Source: Ostreococcus lucimarinus (Eukaryota). From it: 64,000 bases of DNA. This document shows positions 19,689 through 29,942 of the stretch, in pieces. A program made the translations under genes and the position numbers. The notes under the pieces were generated by a model, which was not told where the DNA came from, did not search any database, and was given only the letters and a program-made list of their open reading frames with translations. The stretch lies in NCBI GenBank assembly GCA_000092065.1, contig CP000590.1; one strand, given 5' to 3'. The number at the start of each line of letters is the position of its first letter. Within the stretch, counting starts at the first letter, position 1.

Positions 19689-19706
19689 AAACCCTAAACC
19701 CTAAAC
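19689..19706. promoter_or_regulatory. Telo-box / interstitial plant-type telomere repeat AAACCCTAAACCCTAAAC upstream of the organellar HSP90
   Basis: (CCCTAAA)2.5 is the reverse complement of TTTAGGG. It sits 15 bp before ATG 19721 and about 140 bp before the likelier transit-peptide start at ATG 19847. Confidence 0.6.
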
Positions 19707-19720
19707 TAAGTAAGGCGTTA

Positions 19721-21949
19721 ATGAATAATAAGGCGTCGCGCGCGTCTTTGTATGGGTCGGTCGGTCGGTGTCGCGTCGCGTCCTTCGCGCGTCCACGGCG
19801 TTCGCGACGCCGAAATCCGCGTCGCACGACGACGCGGATTTCGGCGATGCTGACGGTGGCGCGCGCGTGTCGACGGCGCGCCGCGCGCGCGGTCCGGCGC
19901 GGCGTCGCGGACGCGCGCGCGACGCGCGGGGCGTCGACGACGACGGATCGCGCGTGGGACACATCTTCATCATCTGCGTCGGCGTCGGCGCGGACGTCGA
20001 CGGCGCGGACGACGAGGCGCGGACGGGCGACGGAGCGCCTGGCGTTCCGCGCGGAGACGAAACGATTGCTGGACATCGTGACGAACTCGCTGTACGAGGA
20101 CAAGGAGGTGTATCTGCGAGAGCTGGTGTCGAACGCGAGCGACGCGCTGGAGAAGGCGCGACACGCGGCGCTGACGGAGACGCCGAACGAGGAGGAACTC
20201 GCGATAAAGATCGCGACGGATGAGGGCGAGGGGAAGGTGCTGGTGGTGTCGGATAACGGGGTCGGGATGACGCGGGAGGAGCTGATGGAGAATTTGGGGA
20301 CGATCGCGCGGAGCGGGAGCAAGGCGTTTTTGGAGGGGTTGGACGCGGACGCGGACGCGGCGTCGAACATCATCGGGAAATTCGGCGTGGGGTTCTACGC
20401 GAGTTTCATGGTGAGCGATAAGGTGGAGGTGATCTCGAACGCGGGCGCGCGAGGGGATGGGAAGGCGTGGAAGTGGAGCTCGACCGGGGATGGAGAGTTT
20501 ACGATTGAGGAGGCGACGGAGAGCGACGAGGCGCCGACGCGGGGGACGAAAATCGTGATGCACATCAAAAGCGACGATAAACACTTGACGTCCAAGTGGG
20601 GGGTGGAGACGGTGCTGAAAAAGTACAGCTCGTTCGTCGCGTTCCCGGTGCTGTTGAATGGGCACAAGATGAACGACGTCGGGGCGCTTTGGATGAAGGA
20701 TGAAAAGGACATAACCGACGACGATTCCATCGCGTTTTACCGCTTTGTGAGCGGCGCGAGCGACATGCCGCCGTTTCGCATGTCGTTCAAAGCCGATGCG
20801 CCCATGACGATTCGAAGCTTGCTGTACTTTCCCGAAGAAAATCCCGAACGCGTCGCCGGATTCGGCGGGCAGACGAATTCGGGCGTGTCGCTGTACGCCA
20901 GGCGCGTGATGATTCAAGAGAAGACGGAAAAATTGCTCCCGGCGTTTTTGCGCTTTGTGCGCGGCGTGGTCGATTGCGAAGACATCCCGCTGAACATCTC
21001 GCGCGAGTCGCTTCAAGATTCCATGCTCGTCATGCGGCTCGGCCAAATAATCACAAAGCGCGTGCTCAAGTTTTTGGATGAAAAGGCGAAGAAGGAGCCG
21101 GAAAAGTACAACAAATGGTTCGCCAATCTCGGCTTCTTCTTGAAGGAGGGCGTGTGCTCGGAGTACGCGTACAAACTCGAACTCGCAGAGCTGTTGCGTT
21201 ACGAATCGAGCTCGACGGAGACTGGAAAATTGACGTCTTTCCGCGAGTACGCCGCGCGCATGCCCGAGGGACAAGACAAAGTGTATTACATCGTCGCGCC
21301 GTCGCGGCTGCAAGCCGAAGCGTCGCCGTATTTGGAAGCGGCGAAGTCGCGGGGCTACGAAGTTTTGTTCTTGTACGCTCACATCGATGAGTTCGTGATG
21401 CAGCACTTAATGAGCGTCGCGGGCAAGCAATTGGTGAGCGTTGAAGCCGCAAATCTCGACGTCGACGGCGAAAAAGCCGACGGTGAAGAGTCAAAATCAA
21501 ACGACGCCGCGGCGTTGGACGACGCCGCGGGCGCGGAACTTTGTAAGTGGTTCAGCGACGACGCTCTCGCGGGAAAGCTCAAGGAGGTGAAGCTGAGTAA
21601 CAGATTGGTGAGCTCTCCCGCGCTCATCTCCGGACACGAGCCCGAAGCCATGAGACGGTACCGCATGGTTCAAACCATGGCGAGCGACGCGGCGGCGAGT
21701 AAAAAGCTCGCCGAGATGTCCAACGACTTCTCCATGATGACGCTCGAGTTGAATCCGAAACACGAAATGATCAAAAGGATCAACGCCGCGCGCACGAGCG
21801 AAGACGCCGGCACGCGAAGATTAGCCGCGCTGGTCGCCGAACAAATATTTGACAACGCGCGCGTCGCCGCGGGATCTTTAGACGATCCTCGAGCGATGCT
21901 CGGTCGTCTGAACGAAATTCTCGAAAAGACGCTTCCGGCGAAGGAGTAG
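19721..21949 (+). CDS. Organelle-targeted HSP90 (TRAP1/HtpG/HSP90C-like; no MEEVD). The true start may be ATG 19847 (MLTVARACRRR...).
   Basis: HSP90 N-terminal signature LYEDKEVYLRELVSNASDALEK; VSDNGVGMTREEL; IGKFGVGFYASFMV; middle and C-terminal domains throughout. Ala/Arg/Ser-rich presequence. Confidence 0.9.
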   Translation: MNNKASRASLYGSVGRCRVASFARPRRSRRRNPRRTTTRISAMLTVARACRRRAARAVRRGVADARATRGASTTTDRAWDTSSSSASASARTSTARTTRRGRATERLAFRAETKRLLDIVTNSLYEDKEVYLRELVSNASDALEKARHAALTETPNEEELAIKIATDEGEGKVLVVSDNGVGMTREELMENLGTIARSGSKAFLEGLDADADAASNIIGKFGVGFYASFMVSDKVEVISNAGARGDGKAWKWSSTGDGEFTIEEATESDEAPTRGTKIVMHIKSDDKHLTSKWGVETVLKKYSSFVAFPVLLNGHKMNDVGALWMKDEKDITDDDSIAFYRFVSGASDMPPFRMSFKADAPMTIRSLLYFPEENPERVAGFGGQTNSGVSLYARRVMIQEKTEKLLPAFLRFVRGVVDCEDIPLNISRESLQDSMLVMRLGQIITKRVLKFLDEKAKKEPEKYNKWFANLGFFLKEGVCSEYAYKLELAELLRYESSSTETGKLTSFREYAARMPEGQDKVYYIVAPSRLQAEASPYLEAAKSRGYEVLFLYAHIDEFVMQHLMSVAGKQLVSVEAANLDVDGEKADGEESKSNDAAALDDAAGAELCKWFSDDALAGKLKEVKLSNRLVSSPALISGHEPEAMRRYRMVQTMASDAAASKKLAEMSNDFSMMTLELNPKHEMIKRINAARTSEDAGTRRLAALVAEQIFDNARVAAGSLDDPRAMLGRLNEILEKTLPAKE

Positions 21950-22055
21950 ACGCGTCGCACGTGCGAGAATCGTAGCGACCTAACAACACATTATTTAATC
22001 GATCACAACGATCCTTGACGCTATTCGCTCAAACGTCGCCGAAGCCTCGCGCGCG

Positions 22056-23048
22056 TCAGCAGAATTTCCACCGGTTGCCGCACTCGACACACGTCACGAA
22101 TGTCGTCATAGGTTCATCCGCGGAGCGCGTCTGCAGTTGATAATACGTGCACTTGCGCTGTTTGCACTTGCCGCACTTGAACGCGTCCGTGCTGGCTTCT
22201 TGTTGTTGCCCGCGCACGGCTTCCCACTCCGCCAACTCGCGAATGCGCTCGTTCGCGTTCCGTCGCTCGTTCGAACCCAACTCTTCGGGAGACAAATCGA
22301 TCAACACCCCCGCACTAATCTCACCGGTCGCTAAGTTGGTGCGCAGATCCGGATTCTTCGCATCCTTGAGATTGAAGGCCAACTGCCGCACTTTCGCCTT
22401 GTAATCCTTGCCGCCGCTCGGCCACTTCGCCGTCATCGAGTTCTCAATCTGATCCACGATCGACGCCAACTTTTTCGCATCCACGCTCTCAATCTTACCA
22501 TCCGTCACGCACAGCGCCAACGCGTCGGCGAATATTTCCCGCGTTCGATCCCTCGCCGCGTCGTTCACGCGCGTCAACCGCTTCTTCACATCCGCCCTCG
22601 CCTCGACCAACGCCGCGTCCTCCTCCTCCCCCCCACCGCGCTCTTTCGCCGCCGTCTCGACCTCGCGCTTCACCTCCTTCGTTTTCTCGCTCTTCCCGCT
22701 CGTCTGTTCGACGATCATCGCCGTCCATCTCGCCTTGACCGCCGCCGCCGCGTCCCGCACGCCCTCCGCCTCGTGTCGCTTTCGCAGCTGATTCACAATC
22801 TTCCCGCACGCCGCGAACCGCGCGTCCAGGAGCGTCTCCCTCGGCAGCGCTTCCTTCGACAGCGTCAACACCCGTCGCAGCGCGTCCACCGCTCGGCCGC
22901 TCTCCCCCGCCTTCGCGTCTCGCGCCGCTCGACACAGCGTCGCGATCGTCTCGAGCGAACCCTCCCGCGCGTCTTCGTCCGCCGTCCGCGCGTCGCTCGC
23001 GCCTTCTTCGCCGCCGTCGACCGCCATGTCGACGCCGGTCGTTCGCAC
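22056..23048 (-). CDS. TFIIS: Transcription elongation factor TFIIS (S-II); alternative start 23027
   Basis: C-terminal zinc ribbon FKCGKCKQRKCTYYQLQTRSADEPMTTFVTCVECGNRWKFC; central domain; N-terminal LW/TFIIS domain I. Confidence 0.85.
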   Translation of the reverse strand: MRTTGVDMAVDGGEEGASDARTADEDAREGSLETIATLCRAARDAKAGESGRAVDALRRVLTLSKEALPRETLLDARFAACGKIVNQLRKRHEAEGVRDAAAAVKARWTAMIVEQTSGKSEKTKEVKREVETAAKERGGGEEEDAALVEARADVKKRLTRVNDAARDRTREIFADALALCVTDGKIESVDAKKLASIVDQIENSMTAKWPSGGKDYKAKVRQLAFNLKDAKNPDLRTNLATGEISAGVLIDLSPEELGSNERRNANERIRELAEWEAVRGQQQEASTDAFKCGKCKQRKCTYYQLQTRSADEPMTTFVTCVECGNRWKFC

Positions 23049-23393
23049 GCGCGCGCGACTCCGCGCGAGCGCCGCGACGCGCGACGGATCGCGACGCGAC
23101 GCGTCGATGAGTGACGACGCCGCCGCGATCGGGGGAACGACCGCCGTCGTTTCGACGCGGCGTCGCCGCAGAGCGCGACGCCGCGCCGCGCGCGACCGCC
23201 GTCTCGCCGCTCGAGCGCTCGGAAACGGTCAAACGTAAAATCCTTCGCGCGTCGACGCGCTCGAGCGGCGCGACGCGCGCGACGAGACGCGTCGAATCGC
23301 GCGAAAAGACGAAAGACGACGGTTGGTGTCGCGGCGCCGACGATGGCGCCGCGACGCGCCGCGCGGCGACCGGCGACGACGGCGGCGACGACG

Positions 23394-24188
23394 ATGACGC
23401 TGGTCGTGATCACCGGACCGTGCGCGGGACGAGAGTTCGAGCTGCGTCGCGACGGCGAGAGCGCGATCGGGCGAACGAAGCGAGGGAACGCGGTGTGGAT
23501 CAAGGGCGACGGCGCGGTGTCGCAGTCGCACGCGACGTGCCGGTGGTGCGCGAAACGCGAGGCGTGGACGATCTCGGACGCGGGGTCGTCGAATGGGACG
23601 GAAGTGGACGGGAAGGACGTGGAGGAGGGAGGCGAGGGGGCGACGCTGAGGGATGGGAGCGTGATTAAATTGGGGACGGAGACGACGGTGGTGTGCCGAA
23701 CGCGAGCGGCGGACGAGAGGGGCGAGGCTGGAACGGTGGGTGAGGAGGAAGATGAGGAAAACGGAAATCGTGAAAACGCAGTCGTGGTGAACGAGGGAGG
23801 TCGAGGCGCGGTCGGCGACGGCGGAAAGGCGTCGGCGGCGAAGACGAAGAGCGGCAAGCGAGACGCGTACGCGTTCGATTTGGACGAACCGAAATCGGTG
23901 ACGAAAGTCGCCGCGGCGCGGAAACGCGCCAAGGCGACGACCGTGACCGCGAAACAAGCGCACGAGTCGACGACTGCGGCGAGCGAAACCGCGGAGGTTG
24001 CGACGAAGGCTGAGTCCCGAGCCGCCGCCGAAGTCGGCTTCGACGTTCCCACCGTGCACGAGTACGCCACCGCGCAGCTCGAGCGCCTGCAAGCCGTCAT
24101 TCGCGCCGACGCGCGCGCCAGCGTCGAAGCCTTTCGCGCCGACGCGCGCGGATTGCTCGCAGACCTTCTCCAGGACATCAAAGCGTAG
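23394..24188 (+). CDS. FHA-domain protein (track ORF from 23343) with a Lys/Ala-rich middle and a conserved helical C-terminus
   Basis: FHA core: GREFELRRDGESAIGR...VSQSHATCRW...WTISDAGSSNGTEVDGKDV...DGSVIKLG. Confidence 0.55.
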   Translation: MTLVVITGPCAGREFELRRDGESAIGRTKRGNAVWIKGDGAVSQSHATCRWCAKREAWTISDAGSSNGTEVDGKDVEEGGEGATLRDGSVIKLGTETTVVCRTRAADERGEAGTVGEEEDEENGNRENAVVVNEGGRGAVGDGGKASAAKTKSGKRDAYAFDLDEPKSVTKVAAARKRAKATTVTAKQAHESTTAASETAEVATKAESRAAAEVGFDVPTVHEYATAQLERLQAVIRADARASVEAFRADARGLLADLLQDIKA

Positions 24189-24454
24189 CGCGCGCGTCCG
24201 CGCCAATCGGCGCCGAGCCAGCTGGCGACATTCGCGCCGCGCGCGCCGTCGTCCATCACCCGACGCCGCATGTAACACCGCACCCATTCAATTCGCACGA
24301 AACACTCTCGATTTAATATTTTCTAAACCACCAGAGCGCATCTCGCGCCTCGTCGACCGCGCGCGTCGCGCATCCGCGTCGCGCGCTCGGCGACGTCGTC
24401 CGCGGCGCGCGCCGAACGACTGCGACACTTCGCGGCGCGGCGCCGCCGCGCGCG

Positions 24455-27163
24455 ATGTCGAGCCTCGTCCGCGCGCTGTCGCGACGCGTCAGTCGCGCGG
24501 CGCGCGAGGCCGCGGACGCCCCCGAAGACGCGCCCGCGCCCTCGGCGCCGCCGTTGAGCGCCGAAAGCGCCGACTCGGCGAACGACCACCTGACACCGTC
24601 GCCCGCGCAAGAAATGACGAAAACCGCCGCCGCCGACGGCGACGCGGCGTCGAGCGACGCGGAAGAGACCGCGCTCGACGCCGGCGAGGTTATTCTCGAG
24701 CGAGACGACGCCAGGGTGCCGGTGCTGCTGAAGCAAACGTCGTCGACGCTGCTGCCTCGCGACGAGGCGAAGAGGCTCGAACGAATGTTGTCGACGGATG
24801 TGCGGGACATGATGGCGAAGGAGGTGTGGGCGTGTCGACCGTCGACGTTCATCAGACTCACGATGCGGGCGCCGGTGCTGATGATGATTTTGTCGATTAT
24901 TTTTTGGGTGGCGGCGGGCGCGTACGCGCTGGTGCGGAAACCGCCAAAGGTGGAGACGGATGTCGCGGGATTTAGCATTCGCGATCATCCCACGGCGAGG
25001 CTTAAGGATGCGATTTGGAGCGCGGAGAGTGAGTCGGAGTTTAATTGGGACGCCATGTTGACCGCGGGTGGGTCGGCGAGCGTGGGGACGATTCCGTACG
25101 TGACGAGTTGGCTCGATTCGGGTGGATATTTGACGTCGCCTTCGGCGGTGCGAAAGATGCGTCGATTGCAATCGTACGTCGCGACAGAAAGACCGAGCTC
25201 ATATAGTTCGTTTCAGCTCGTTTACACGTCCACGCGTGGGGAGAATGTGTTACGCGAGGAGGTGATGAAATTCGCGTTGGATTTGGAGGGCAAAATTACG
25301 CGACTCCCGGGCTACGCAGAGACGATGTGCTTGCAGATCGCAGACACGGAGTATTTAGGCTCGAACGGATGCACGCCGCCAAATTCCATAGCACCTTTAT
25401 TCTTCGCGACGACGGTGAGCGGGACTTACTACAGAAATACCGTCGATGTCACCATGAGTTTGGCGTCGAGGGGGTTGTATGTCTACGTCGACAAGGATTT
25501 CGACGCCGCGAACGGCACCGCGTCGTCGTTTAGAACGAGCTTTCCAATCGGTCAGCCTAGTAAGGCAGTGTGGAAAAAGTGGATGAAGAGCACTCTAGTT
25601 CCGTTTTTACGAGCAAACACGAGAGATGAGGCAAAAGGCATTCGATGTCTCTATGGGGGCAAAGAAATCACCCAGTATGAAGCCGATTTGGCAATCTTGC
25701 ACGACGCGAAACTCATCATTGCCGGCTTGTCGCTCGTGGTCGTGTACACATACTTTCACACCGGCTCTGTTTTCATCACGTTTGCGGGAATATTTGAAAT
25801 TATTCTATCTTTTCCCGTCGCGTACGCGTTTTACGCATACGTTTTGAAGTTGGAGTCGATTAGCGTGATGCAGTTTTTGGCGATTTTCATCATACTCGGC
25901 ATCGGCGTCGACGACGTCTTTGTATTTTACGATTCTTTCGAGGATGCTTCGCGCGCCGTGGGGATACGCGGTGACACCCTCGAAGCACGATTAAATTATG
26001 CTTATGATCACGCTGGAAGAGCGATGCTGGTGACTTCGATGACTTCAGGCGCGGCATTCGCCGCAAACCTCGCCTCCGCCATTCCGGCGGTGCAAATATT
26101 TGGTGTCTTTATCGCTGTGATGGTTTTGGTAAATTACTTCCTCGTCATCACCTGGTTTCCCGCATGTTTGTGCGCGTACGAGCGATACTGGCGAGTTTCC
26201 AAAGATTTCAACTATTGTGGCCTCGGAGGCTTGCGTACGAAGCACCTCCCTTCCGCTGAAATGGATGCTCGCGCGGCGCAACGCGCCGAATCTTGTTTGA
26301 GCTGCATCAAGCGTGTCGCTTGCTTTGGTCAAAAGTTGAACCAATATCAAAACGTCATGGCAGCGCAAAAGAAGAAACGTTCGATCTTTACATGGAGAAC
26401 TTACGGTGCATACTTGGATGTTTTCAAGTACATCTTGCTCGTCATTTGCCTCGGATCGATGGCAGTGACTGGATATTTCTCAACCAAGACGGAGGCGAGC
26501 GGGCAACCGCCAGAGCTGTTTCCGGCAGACTCGAATCAGCAAATGTTCATCAAGTGGACGGAATCGCAATTCGAGAGCGATAAATTCGCCTGCACGAGCT
26601 TTGCGCACTGTCAGCAACAGGCTGGGACTGTGCTACAGCAAAACGGTGTGACGCTGTCGCCGCCGCCACCGTCGCCGTCTCCTCCTCCTCCTCCCAGGTC
26701 GCAAGTCGGAACCATCACTTCTCCAGAGATTGATCAATTAGCAGACGTAGTATTCAATACTTTCGACAGCGACGCGAATGGTTGGCTGGACACGACGGAG
26801 TATGACTCTTTCGCAGCGGCGGTAACGACGACGACGAGCCTACCACCCGCGAACACCGTGATGAGCGCGTACGGCACGCCGCAAGGTGTCACAAAACCGG
26901 GATTTGTTCTCGCCCTGGATACAGCTGCTGGCGTAAACGACGCACCGGTACTAGATGCGTATTCGCTCCTCGTCTTAGGCACAGCAAGATCGAGCCCTCC
27001 TCCACCAAGTCCACCGCCGTCACCCCCGCCTTCGCCGCCGTCACCGCCGCCACCCCCGCCTTCGCCGCCGTCACCGCCGCCGCCGCCGTCACCGCCGCCA
27101 CCCCCGCCTTCGCCGCCGTCACCGCCGCCGCCGCCGTCGCCGCCACCGAGTTCCAATCCATCA

Positions 27164-27195
<32 letters not shown>

Positions 27196-28777
27196 GTCAC
27201 CGCCGCCGCCGCCGTCACCGCCGCCGTCACCGCCGCCGTCGCCGCCGCCGCCGCCGTCACCGCCACCGTCGCCACCGCCGCCGGAGGCGCTCCAAGCTGC
27301 CGAGCGCGTCGCGGGGACGAATTACGAAAAGGCGCAACTCGTGTGGGGCATCGAAGATATTCAAGACGATTCTGCGCCATATGCTCCGCGAGAGGTTGAC
27401 GCTAATCCGGTGGTCAACCCCGCGTTTAACATCGGCGACCCCACGACTCAAGTCCGCATGTTGAAGTTCTGCGAAGCGTTGCAAAACAGAACGGACCTCG
27501 CGAGTTCGTTTAAGGAGTGCCCGATGCAGATTCTCAAAAACGTTGGAACGACGCTTTCATACCCTTGGCCGATGAGCTCGGCGCAAATCTTAAGTGTCAT
27601 CACGTCCATCGCGACGCAGAATCCCGGGTACAGAAAAATCTACGGCTTACAGACGGTGACGTCGGGCGGCGCCTCCACCCAACGCGTCGCTTGGGTCAAG
27701 GCGAACTTCTTGTCGGGGATTCCATTTCGAATGTCGGCGACGAAGCTTGAACAAGAATATTTCAAGTTTCTCGATTTCATCGCCGAGTTTGAAGCAACAA
27801 CGTTTCAGTACTCCGCGACGAATGCGAACGGGTCGGTGACGCTCCATTCCGCCCCTCCCACGGCGTCGGCGACAGTGAGAGTGACCTCCGAGTGTTGGGT
27901 GCGCATGGCAACGGAGCTGCAAGCCATTCGAGGCACGGTGAGCTCGATCGCAGTGTCCCTCGCGTTTGCCGTTTTCGCCACGCTCATTTTCACCGGCGAC
28001 GTCTTTGTGGCTCTCATGGCGCTGCTGAGCATGCTCGCCATCATCCTCGCCGTCATCGCGATTCTAGTCGCGCTCAAGGTGAAGTTTGGCATCGTCGAAG
28101 CGATTTCGCTCACAATTCTCGTCGGCATCTCTGTCGACTTCAGCTTGCACTTGGCCGAGTCGTTCACGCGCTCACACTTCACGAGTCGCGGCTTGCGCGG
28201 CGTCGACGCGGTCTCGCGCGTCGGTTATCCGATTTTCTCCGCCGCGATGACGACCATGTCCGCCGTCATACCGATGCTTTGGTGTCAAGTCCAAGTTCTC
28301 GTGCGCTTCGGACAAATCATTCCTCTGTGCATCGTGATGTCGTTGGTGTACGGCGTACACTTCTTCCTCCCGATGCTCATGTCGTTCGGGCCCAACGTTC
28401 CCGGCGGCGGCGCCGGAAAATGGTTGTGCCACATGGGAAAGCTTCCCGGCTTGCTCTTCAGCACGCAAACTCGCCGCATGATTTTCCTCGTCGCCTCCGG
28501 CATGATCTTCGGCTTTTTGCTCCCCGCCACGCGCGCGCTCCTGTACGAGGACGGCGGCTCCGCCTTCGCCGTCGTCGCCGGCGGCTTCGCCTTCCTCTCC
28601 GCCGTCGCCGTCTTCGTCGAGCGACGATGTCATCTCCGCGCCGTCGCCGCCGCCGACCCCTCCGCGCGGTCCCACGTCGCTCGCGCCGCTCGACTCGCCG
28701 CCGCTCGACTCGCCGTCCCCGCCCCGCGTCCGCGTCCCGTCGACGCGCGACCTTCGCCTTTGCCCTCGCGCGCGTGA
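24455..28777 (+). CDS. RND-superfamily / sterol-sensing-domain (Patched/Dispatched/NPC1-like) 12-TM transporter with an EF-hand and an extensin-like Pro/Ser-rich stretch in extracytoplasmic loop 2
   Basis: Two 5-6 TM bundles: residues about 425-570 (LGIGVDDVFVFYDSFED signature) and about 1150-1320 (ILVGISVDFSLHLAESF). Canonical EF-hand loop DSDANGWLDTTE at 26764-26799. (SPPPPP)n at 26990-27290. Confidence 0.7.
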
Positions 28778-29045
28778 AAACACTTCAGACTTTTTTTCCC
28801 GCCAAAAAGCGAGTCGACGTCATGGCGAACGCGTCGCGCGTCATCGCGTCACTCTCCCGCGCGTGTCATCGCGCTTCGCGCGCCGCGACCGACGCGCGCG
28901 ACGCGCCTCGGACGCTCGCGTCGACGACGCCCGCCCCTTCGCGCGTCGCGATCGCGCGTCGAATCGCACGCGCGATCGATTCGAATCGATTGTTTAAACA
29001 ATCTTATCGCGTCGCGTCGCGATCGCGATCGCGCGGCGCGACGCG

Positions 29046-29795
29046 ATGTCGAGCGCGCGCGCGACGACGCGCGCGACGATCGCGTCGAGGTCGGTGACGG
29101 CGAGGCGCGCGCTCGGCGCGAGGGCGGCGCGAAAGACGACGCGGCGACGCGCGAAGGGCGACGAGGCGACGACGGCGGAGACAGCGCTGGCGGCGACGAA
29201 TCCGACGGATAAAAAGTACGTCGCGTTGAACGGGGTGAAACTGGTCGTGGACTTTGAGATGCACTACGAGACGAAGTTTGGGGAGACGGTGTGCGTGCTG
29301 GGGAGCCACGAGGCGATGGGGGCGTGGGAATTGGAGCGGGCGACGGCGCTGGAGTGGCACGAGGGGTCGGTTTGGAAGCTGAGCGTGGAGTTGCCGGCGG
29401 GGGGGGTGTTCTTTTACAAGTACATCGTCAAGGGCGCGAACGGTGAGGTGTTGCGGTGGCAAGACGGAAGTAACTCCATGCTCGTGCTTCCGGAGAGCTG
29501 GAACGTGCCGAACGGATCGCACTACCTCGTCGAGGATAACTTTGCGGGCGTGCCGAACGAAACGACGGAGATTTCCGAACACTTGCTCGCGGGTAAGCTC
29601 GTGGACGCGCAAGGCGAAAAGACGCAATTGTTGCAACAACTCGAGGTGCAAAAGACGATGACGCAAACCGCGCTCGAAGAACTTTTGCTCGCGCGCGAAG
29701 ATCTCGCCAGAGCGCAATCAAAGTTGTTGTCGGCGTCTTCCGAAACCGCCGCCTACGACGTCAACAATGGCAACCAAAACGGATTCTCCCGCTAA
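29046..29795 (+). CDS. CBM20 starch-binding-domain protein with a transit-peptide-like N-terminus and a C-terminal coiled coil
   Basis: CBM20 pattern: KLVVDFEMHYETKFGETVCVLGSHEAMGAWE...LEWHEGSVWKLSVELPAGGVFFYKYIVKGANGEVLRWQDGSN. Coiled coil: QLLQQLEVQKTMTQTALEELLLAREDLARAQSKLL. Confidence 0.65.
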   Translation: MSSARATTRATIASRSVTARRALGARAARKTTRRRAKGDEATTAETALAATNPTDKKYVALNGVKLVVDFEMHYETKFGETVCVLGSHEAMGAWELERATALEWHEGSVWKLSVELPAGGVFFYKYIVKGANGEVLRWQDGSNSMLVLPESWNVPNGSHYLVEDNFAGVPNETTEISEHLLAGKLVDAQGEKTQLLQQLEVQKTMTQTALEELLLAREDLARAQSKLLSASSETAAYDVNNGNQNGFSR

Positions 29796-29942
29796 TTGCG
29801 CGCCGCGAGGCGCCGCAACCGTCGATACTTTCAAGCAACGCGATAAACTGTATTTCAACGAAGTAATATCCAAGTCAAGCAGAATCATTTCAACATTAAA
29901 CGTTTCTTTCTTCTAACGCATTCGCCTCGAGCGCGCGGCGCG

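Noticed and set aside
26734-27380. Gly-rich ORFs (GGGGDGGEGGGG...) on the minus strand inside the RND transporter gene
   Set aside because: They are the reverse complement of the (CCG/CCN)n proline-codon repeat that encodes the SPPPP stretch, so they are shadow ORFs.
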